Below are positions 58,456 to 64,000 of a stretch of 64,000 nt of DNA, in pieces. Each line of letters opens with the position of its first letter. The first letter of the stretch is position 1. Under the pieces are notes generated by a model. The model was not told where the DNA came from. It searched no databases and saw only the letters and a program-made list of their open reading frames with translations. This DNA comes from Abditibacteriaceae bacterium (GTDB lineage Bacteria > Armatimonadota > Abditibacteriia > Abditibacteriales > Abditibacteriaceae). The translations under genes were made by a program, and so were the position numbers. Location: the NCBI GenBank assembly GCA_031425655.1, contig JANPJS010000066.1, positions 1 to 64,000 of the forward strand, written 5' to 3'.

Positions 58456-58747
58456 GACGAAAGTTATGAAGGAGCAGGGTTAAGAAAGTAATATTTGCAA
58501 AGCAAAAGCAGTTCTAAAACGGCGTATAAATCAGATAGCCCGGCACCTCGCACACCCCGAATTGAGTTCAAAATTTGACATTTTGGCCTAAAACGGCCTA
58601 AAATAGAGTGCGCTTAACGCTGACCCCCATTTTGTCGGGAAGGAAACTTCCGATCAAGGGCCGGCGTTTTTTATTTCCCGGCGAGTTTTTCGCCATCTGT
58701 TCCCGCGCCGAGAATATACAGCCGTTCGCTGTAAAAAGGAGACGCTT

Positions 58748-60709
58748 ATGCCGTTGTTTCGCCAGAGCTGCGCCGTGTTGCGCCGTCAATCGTCGCACAC
58801 TGCCGCCGCCTCATCTGGTTCCCCTCCAGCCGGTTCCAAATTGTCTTTCGCTGTTCCCGGATTTCGCTATCTACTGCGTCGCTCGCCGGTTTCGGGCGTT
58901 GCGGTTTCCCTTTTTGTCGCAACCATTGGTGCTGCTCTCTCCACTGCTCCGGCGCAGGCGCGCCGCGCGGCCAAGCGCAAAGTCGCTAAAGCCGAAGCTC
59001 CCAAGCCAACCGGCGTTTGGGCATGGACGTGCGGCTCGCAAACTTACATCCGTGCCCGTCCCGGCGTGCAAACGCCGCCCATCGCTAAAGTGGCGCGCCA
59101 TACCAAACTCTTCGTGTGGGGCAATTTCAACGGCTGGTATCGCGTCGAAACTCTCGATCACAAATTCGGCTGGATTCACAACGAATGCCTGAAATCGCCC
59201 GATCTTGATAAAGCGCACGAGATGTCGCACTTCGCGGCCAAAAAAGCCAGCGACCGCACCGAAAATCAGGTCATGTATGGCTCGGTCGAGATGCTGAAAA
59301 AGCATTACGCGCGCTACGGCGCCGCCGGTGCCAAAAAAGGCCTCGCGGAAATGGGCGTGCGCGTGGCCGTCAAGAAATCTCCCGCTAAAGCGGCGGCCAA
59401 AGCCGCGATAGCCCGCATTCAGCCGAAGCCCGTCAAAGCGGCGCAACTGGCGCAAGTGCTGCCGGCCAAAGCCGCTGTTAAAGCCGTCGCTAAAGCGCCG
59501 ATGCCCGCGCAGGCCAAACCGGCTGTCGCCAAAATCGCACCGAAGCCCACAGCGGCTCAGCCGGTCGCGCAATTGGCGAAACAAAAACCAACGGCGCCGA
59601 TTCCCGTCGCCGCAGCGACCAAAACGCCAGTCGCCAACATCACGCCGAAAACGGTCGTCGCTACGGCAGTTACGCCGCCCGGCAGCCAACTTCGTCCCAG
59701 CCTGCCCAATCCGGTAGTGAAAACCACACCGAGCGTGACGCAATTGCCCGTTAAAGTCGCTGCGCCGGCGACGAAAGCGAAAACGCCTCGCAGAGCGGCA
59801 ACGCAACGCTTATCGCCCGCGATTCCGCTGTCTCCAGCGATTCCCATGACGCGGCGCAACGCGGCCTCGAAGAACTTCACGCTGCCTCAAATTAGCACCG
59901 AAGACTTGCTGCGCGCCCGTCAGGAACATCTGCGCCAAAAGCCGGCGATGGTCGCTCCGGCGCCCGAAGAAACGGGCAGCGCACTCTTCATTCAGTCCTC
60001 GTATTCGCCCTCGACGTTGCCGGAAAATAGCTTTTCGCCACGCGAAGATTCCGGGCGCACCCGTCTGATGACGCTCGATTTGAATTATGCCCGTCCCGAA
60101 CCGCGCGCGGAGCCACGCGAGGAATCCGCCCTACCCGCGATTGTTTTGCAGGCTGCGCCGATAGCGCCAAAACCGGCGAAGCCAAGCGTCGTGGCGAAAA
60201 CCGTCGTGGCGAAAAACCCGGCGCCAGTCAAAAGCGCAGCCGTGAAAAGCGCGTCGGCTCCGGCGAAAATCGCAGCGTCGGCACCGTCGCGCGGTGGTTC
60301 ACCACGCGATTTGGCGCGATTGGCCAGTGTCGGCGCCTTCGGCTCGAAGATGGCGAGTTCGGCGTTATCCTTTCGCGGACGGCCTTACGTCAGAGGCGCC
60401 GCTTCGCCGAGTCGCGGCTTCGACTGCTCCGGCCTCGTTTATTATCTGTTGCGCCAGCGCGGCCTGAACCCGCCGCGCACCGCCGCTGGGTTGGCTCGCT
60501 ACGGCAAGCCGGTGGCGTCCGGCCAATTGCAGCCCGGCGATTTGGTGTTGTTTGCCAATACTTACAAGCGCGGCGTGTCGCACATCGGGGTGTATCTGGG
60601 GAGTAACAACTTCGTCCACGCCGCGACGAGTAGCGGCGGCGTGCGCGTAGATTCGTTAGGCAGCGCCTATTATTGCCGCAAGTATTACGGCGCGCGGCGC
60701 GTGAATTAA
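58748..60709 (+). CDS. SH3 + NlpC/P60 cell-wall peptidase
   Basis: GFDCSGLV, GDLVLF, SHIGVYLG, FVHA; N-terminal SH3b-like domain; long Ala/Pro/Lys linker. Confidence 0.9.
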   Translation: MPLFRQSCAVLRRQSSHTAAASSGSPPAGSKLSFAVPGFRYLLRRSPVSGVAVSLFVATIGAALSTAPAQARRAAKRKVAKAEAPKPTGVWAWTCGSQTYIRARPGVQTPPIAKVARHTKLFVWGNFNGWYRVETLDHKFGWIHNECLKSPDLDKAHEMSHFAAKKASDRTENQVMYGSVEMLKKHYARYGAAGAKKGLAEMGVRVAVKKSPAKAAAKAAIARIQPKPVKAAQLAQVLPAKAAVKAVAKAPMPAQAKPAVAKIAPKPTAAQPVAQLAKQKPTAPIPVAAATKTPVANITPKTVVATAVTPPGSQLRPSLPNPVVKTTPSVTQLPVKVAAPATKAKTPRRAATQRLSPAIPLSPAIPMTRRNAASKNFTLPQISTEDLLRARQEHLRQKPAMVAPAPEETGSALFIQSSYSPSTLPENSFSPREDSGRTRLMTLDLNYARPEPRAEPREESALPAIVLQAAPIAPKPAKPSVVAKTVVAKNPAPVKSAAVKSASAPAKIAASAPSRGGSPRDLARLASVGAFGSKMASSALSFRGRPYVRGAASPSRGFDCSGLVYYLLRQRGLNPPRTAAGLARYGKPVASGQLQPGDLVLFANTYKRGVSHIGVYLGSNNFVHAATSSGGVRVDSLGSAYYCRKYYGARRVN

Positions 60710-60774
60710 ACTTTCCAGCACAAAGAAGCAAAGGCACAAAGAGTTCCTCTTTGTGCCTTTGCTTTTAATCCGAA

Positions 60775-61485
60775 ATGGGACTCTTCAAGCAAGCTCGCGG
60801 CTATTTCTGGGCGCCGGAAAAACCGTGGAGCGCGGTGCGCGCATGGGCAGTGCCACGCCTATTTCAAGCGTGGCATTCCAGCCTGTGCTGCACTTTAAAC
60901 ATCACGACGAGCGGTTTTTCGCGCGGAATGCCTTTGGCCTTCGACCACGAACATGGCGCTTTAATCGTTTCGTGGCACGATCAAACGCTGATTCCGCAAC
61001 ATTTACTGCGTGATTTAGGTTTGGCCGGACTGTTCAGCACTTCGCGCTCCGGGCAGATGCAGAGCGCCTTCTGGGAGCTTTACGGCTGGCGCGTGGTGCG
61101 CGGCTCGTCCAAAAAGCGCGATGCCGTGGCCGCGTTGCGCGAAGCGTTACGGATGCTGCGTAAAGGCCAGAGCTTCGCCTTCACGCCCGACGGCCCCAAA
61201 GGCCCGCGCCATAAAGCGCAAGGCGGCGTGGTTTATTTGGCCTCAAACGCGCCCGCCGTGATTTTGCCTATCGGCGTGGCCGCCGCGCGCTGTTGGAAGA
61301 TGCCTTCGTGGGACAAATACCTCATTCCCAAGCCGTTTTCGCGCGTTCATCTGCATATGGGCGCCCCAATTCATCTGCCGCCCGATATTCCCCGCAACGA
61401 AACGTCGCACTATTTAAAGCTGGTCGAAGATGCCATCAACGCAGCCGAACGCGAAGCGGAAAAGCAATGCAAAATTAAAAATTAA
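60775..61485 (+). CDS. DUF374 lysophospholipid acyltransferase family protein
   Basis: WH, VVRGSS, FTPDGPKGP, SWDKYLIPKPFS. Confidence 0.85.
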   Translation: MGLFKQARGYFWAPEKPWSAVRAWAVPRLFQAWHSSLCCTLNITTSGFSRGMPLAFDHEHGALIVSWHDQTLIPQHLLRDLGLAGLFSTSRSGQMQSAFWELYGWRVVRGSSKKRDAVAALREALRMLRKGQSFAFTPDGPKGPRHKAQGGVVYLASNAPAVILPIGVAAARCWKMPSWDKYLIPKPFSRVHLHMGAPIHLPPDIPRNETSHYLKLVEDAINAAEREAEKQCKIKN

Positions 61486-61570
61486 AAATGCAAAAATGGG
61501 TGCCGGGAGAAAGAAGCACTTTTCTTCTTCCGGCACCCATTTTTGCATTTTTAATTTTTAATTTTGCATT
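61466..61570. repeat. AT-rich palindromic repeat, (aaaatgc)n family, copy 3
   Basis: Same arms as 3581 and 8382 with a different core. Confidence 0.75.
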
Positions 61571-62557
61571 TCACAAAACGCCTGCGCGCATGAGTTCCTG
61601 CACGTCCAAAACGCCGACGGGCGCGTTGTTTTCGTCCACGACGGGCGCGTCGTCTACGCCGCGTTCGCGCAGGGCGCGCAGGGCTTCGAGCGCGGAGTTT
61701 TGCGGTTGGAGCGTTAAAGGCGTTCGCATCATTAGCTCGCGGACCGGCTTTTCTAAAGCCTCCTCGTCACGCAAAAGTAGTCGGCGCACATCGCCGTCGG
61801 TGAGATAGCCGGCCAATTTTCCCGTTTCTTCGGTAACAATCGCGGCGCCGGATTGCGCGGCGGTAATCGCCGCCATCGCTTCGCGCACAGTGGCGTTTTC
61901 CGGCACCGTTGCCAAGCGTTCGCCGGTTCGCATCAAATCGGCGACACGCAGCGTCAGGCCGCGACCTAAAGCGCCGCCGGGATGAAAGCGCGCAAAATGC
62001 TCGGATGTAAAGCCGCGCTCCTGCATCGCGCACACGGCTAAAGCATCGCCGAGCGCCAACATCGCCGTCGTCGAAGCGGTCGGCGCGAGGTTCAACGGGC
62101 AAGCTTCTTTGGCCACGCTGATGTCTAAAATCACATCGGCTTGGGCCGCTAAATACGAATTCCGATTGCCGGTCATAGCGATAATCGGGACGCCCATTTC
62201 CTTGATGACCGGCAAAATGCCGGTTAAATCGTCGGTGCGGCCCGAATAGGAGAGCGCCAACAGCACGTCGCCGTTTGTCACCATGCCCAAATCGCCGTGC
62301 AAGCCTTCGGCGGCGTGCAGAAACAACGCAGGCGTGCCTGTCGAAGCTAAAGTCGAAGCCAATTTGCGCCCGATAGCACCGCTTTTCCCGACTCCAGTGA
62401 CGACCACGCGGCCCCGGCATTCGAGCAAAAGAGCAACGGCGCGCTCGAAATTCTCATCGAGTCGCGCCGACAAGGCCGCGACAGCTTCGCTTTCTATGCG
62501 TAAAACTTCGCGCGCCGCTTCTAAAATCGGAGTTTTCACGAGAGGCAGTTTAGTCAA
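61571..62557 (-). CDS. kdsD: Arabinose-5-phosphate isomerase (KpsF/GutQ)
   Basis: TGVGKSG, HGDLG, EACPLNLAPTAST, FHPGGALG, CBS pair. Confidence 0.93.
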   Translation of the reverse strand: MTKLPLVKTPILEAAREVLRIESEAVAALSARLDENFERAVALLLECRGRVVVTGVGKSGAIGRKLASTLASTGTPALFLHAAEGLHGDLGMVTNGDVLLALSYSGRTDDLTGILPVIKEMGVPIIAMTGNRNSYLAAQADVILDISVAKEACPLNLAPTASTTAMLALGDALAVCAMQERGFTSEHFARFHPGGALGRGLTLRVADLMRTGERLATVPENATVREAMAAITAAQSGAAIVTEETGKLAGYLTDGDVRRLLLRDEEALEKPVRELMMRTPLTLQPQNSALEALRALRERGVDDAPVVDENNAPVGVLDVQELMRAGVL

Positions 62558-62680
62558 GATCAGTTGAGAAAGCCTTTTGCAGCGGGGCTATCGCCCTCTT
62601 CCAAACTTGTCTCACTATCATCTTTCTTTGTTTGGAAGTGGGCGGCAGCCCCGCCATCCGGCAGCTTTCACAACAAGTCT

Positions 62681-63274
62681 TTAGAAATCCAATTCTATTG
62701 CGCCGCGACGCAGCACGCGCGGCGCGGCGCTGGTGCAATCTACAATCGTCGAAGGCGCGCCGCCGACTGCGCCGCCGTCTAATACGAGATCAACCAGCGC
62801 CTTAAAATCGGCGGGAATGTCGTCTAAAATGCGCGGGGCGGCAGCGTTTCCGGTCGCGCCGCTGAAATTGGCCGAAGTGGCGACAATCGGCACTCCGGCG
62901 CCTTCGCACAGCGCGCGGGCAATGGCGTGCCCACTTTCACGCACGCCGATGGTTTTCACGCCGTTCGCTTCACTCGTGAGGAGCGGTGACAGTCCCTCTT
63001 GCGCGGGGAGAATCAGCGTGAGCGCGCCGGGCCAGTGCTGCGCCATCAGTTCGCGCGCGGTGGGGGAAACATCGGCGACGAGCATCGTTAATTGCGCCTC
63101 GCCCGCGATAAGAAGCGGTGGCGGCTGCGTCAAAGCGCGCCCTTTGATTTCAAAAAGGCGGCGCAAAGCAGCTTCGTTGGTGGCATCGCAGCCCAAGCCG
63201 TAAAGCGTCTCCGTCGGGTAAATGACGAGGCCGCCGCGCCGGATAATTGCGATGGCTTGCTTTAAATCGCTCAT
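62681..63274 (-). CDS. tsaC: L-threonylcarbamoyladenylate synthase
   Basis: PTETLYGL, KGR, WPGALT, TSAN, PSTIVD. Confidence 0.92.
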   Translation of the reverse strand: MSDLKQAIAIIRRGGLVIYPTETLYGLGCDATNEAALRRLFEIKGRALTQPPPLLIAGEAQLTMLVADVSPTARELMAQHWPGALTLILPAQEGLSPLLTSEANGVKTIGVRESGHAIARALCEGAGVPIVATSANFSGATGNAAAPRILDDIPADFKALVDLVLDGGAVGGAPSTIVDCTSAAPRVLRRGAIELDF

Positions 63275-63280
63275 AAAAAA

Positions 63281-63349
63281 TGCGGAGTGCGAACTGAATT
63301 CACACTCCGCACTCGTCACTCGTCACTCGTCACTCTAAACTCGTCACTT
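63281..63349. repeat. Heptamer tandem repeat (actcgtc)n
   Basis: Seen directly; related in style to 876-933. Confidence 0.65.
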
Positions 63350-63891
63350 TAAAAGTGTCGTCCGACCGTGATCGCCAAGCCGCCGGGACGCAGGCCGTTG
63401 ACTTTGCCGACGAGATGGTATTTCGCCTCGACGAAATACGGATTCGGGAACTGGTAGCCGACGCTGCCGTAGCCGCCGATAGTGGTTTTGCTTTCGCTGA
63501 CGCCGGCCACTTTGCCGCGCACCAGATAAGCGCCCAAACCGGCGCCGAAATACACGTTGCCGGTGAGCGCGCCAACGGGATTGGGCGGCTGAATATAGCG
63601 GCCAATCGTGAGAGGAATCATGCGCAGGCTGTTGCCGTTGTCGCTGCCCTGAAAATAACCGGCGGAAATCAGATATTTGCCGCCGAATAGTTTCGGCAGT
63701 GCCACGTCAACTTCGCCGCCGATGTGCGTGCTGCCGGCCAAGTCGCGCGTGTCGCCATCGGTCGGGTAAATCGCGCCGAGTTTGGCGCGCACGGGAATCA
63801 GTCCGGTGCTTTGCGCCTGCACCGGTTGCAGCGCGCTGAGGCAAAAGCCCGCCAGCACGCCGGCCACGACTGTGATTGTTCTGCGTTGCAT
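63349..63891 (-). CDS. Outer-membrane beta-barrel protein
   Basis: Signal peptide, alternating beta strands, VYFGAGLG, C-terminal Phe. Confidence 0.75.
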   Translation of the reverse strand: MQRRTITVVAGVLAGFCLSALQPVQAQSTGLIPVRAKLGAIYPTDGDTRDLAGSTHIGGEVDVALPKLFGGKYLISAGYFQGSDNGNSLRMIPLTIGRYIQPPNPVGALTGNVYFGAGLGAYLVRGKVAGVSESKTTIGGYGSVGYQFPNPYFVEAKYHLVGKVNGLRPGGLAITVGRHF

Positions 63892-63957
63892 AAGTGTCTC
63901 CTTGAAATACAGCGCGCCCTTGAAATTTCGCGCTGTTGACGATAGTTAAAAACAAAA

Positions 63958-63995
63958 CGCTTTGGAGCGCAGAGAATTGTCTGCGCTCCAAAGCG
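63958..63995. repeat. Palindrome/terminator-like hairpin
   Basis: cgctttggagcgcaga...tctgcgctccaaagcg. Confidence 0.6.
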
Positions 63996-64000
63996 AAAAG

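Noticed and set aside
58605..58747. c-di-AMP or c-di-GMP riboswitch upstream of NlpC/P60
   Set aside because: Has hairpins (ggaag-gaaa-cttcc), but I could not match the conserved aptamer motifs.
75..63991. Numerous antisense and alternative-frame ORFs in the track
   Set aside because: Shadows of GC-rich coding genes, with no motifs or RBS.

Overview
Chromosomal window of a GC-rich diderm bacterium. lpxC, kdsD and a DUF1559/H-X9-DG prepilin-type gene are consistent with an Armatimonadota/Abditibacteriota-like host; this is inference only. The backbone carries plsC, pyk, kdgK-eda, lpxC, hemW, argB-argD-argF-argG, rplU-rpmA, nucA/nuiA, fetAB-like ABC genes, hflX, an NlpC/P60 hydrolase, kdsD and tsaC, with many intergenic palindromic repeats. 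Three AT-richer accessory regions interrupt it. (1) About 12.2-17.5 kb: DUF5131 divergent from GHKL/MORC ATPase - methyltransferase-like ORF - DNA amino-methyltransferase, bracketed by two versions of the argG 3' end. (2) A ~20 kb element integrated in tRNA-Lys(CTT), with a 46-bp direct repeat at 34294-34339 and 54264-54309. It carries a tyrosine integrase, an IS1595 relic, ImmA/IrrE + DUF4411, a rep-HNH module, a type III R-M system, two ASCH genes and a DUF932 operon, and has no recognisable virion or conjugation genes. (3) Two small ORFs, each behind a copy of the hflX 3' end. The most unusual observation is inside element (2): a tRNA-Leu-bodied RNA gene (38140-38253, minus strand) whose anticodon arm is extended into a 49-nt near-perfect hairpin, with its own -10 box and terminator. 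All protein calls are motif recognition by eye; no database searches were run.
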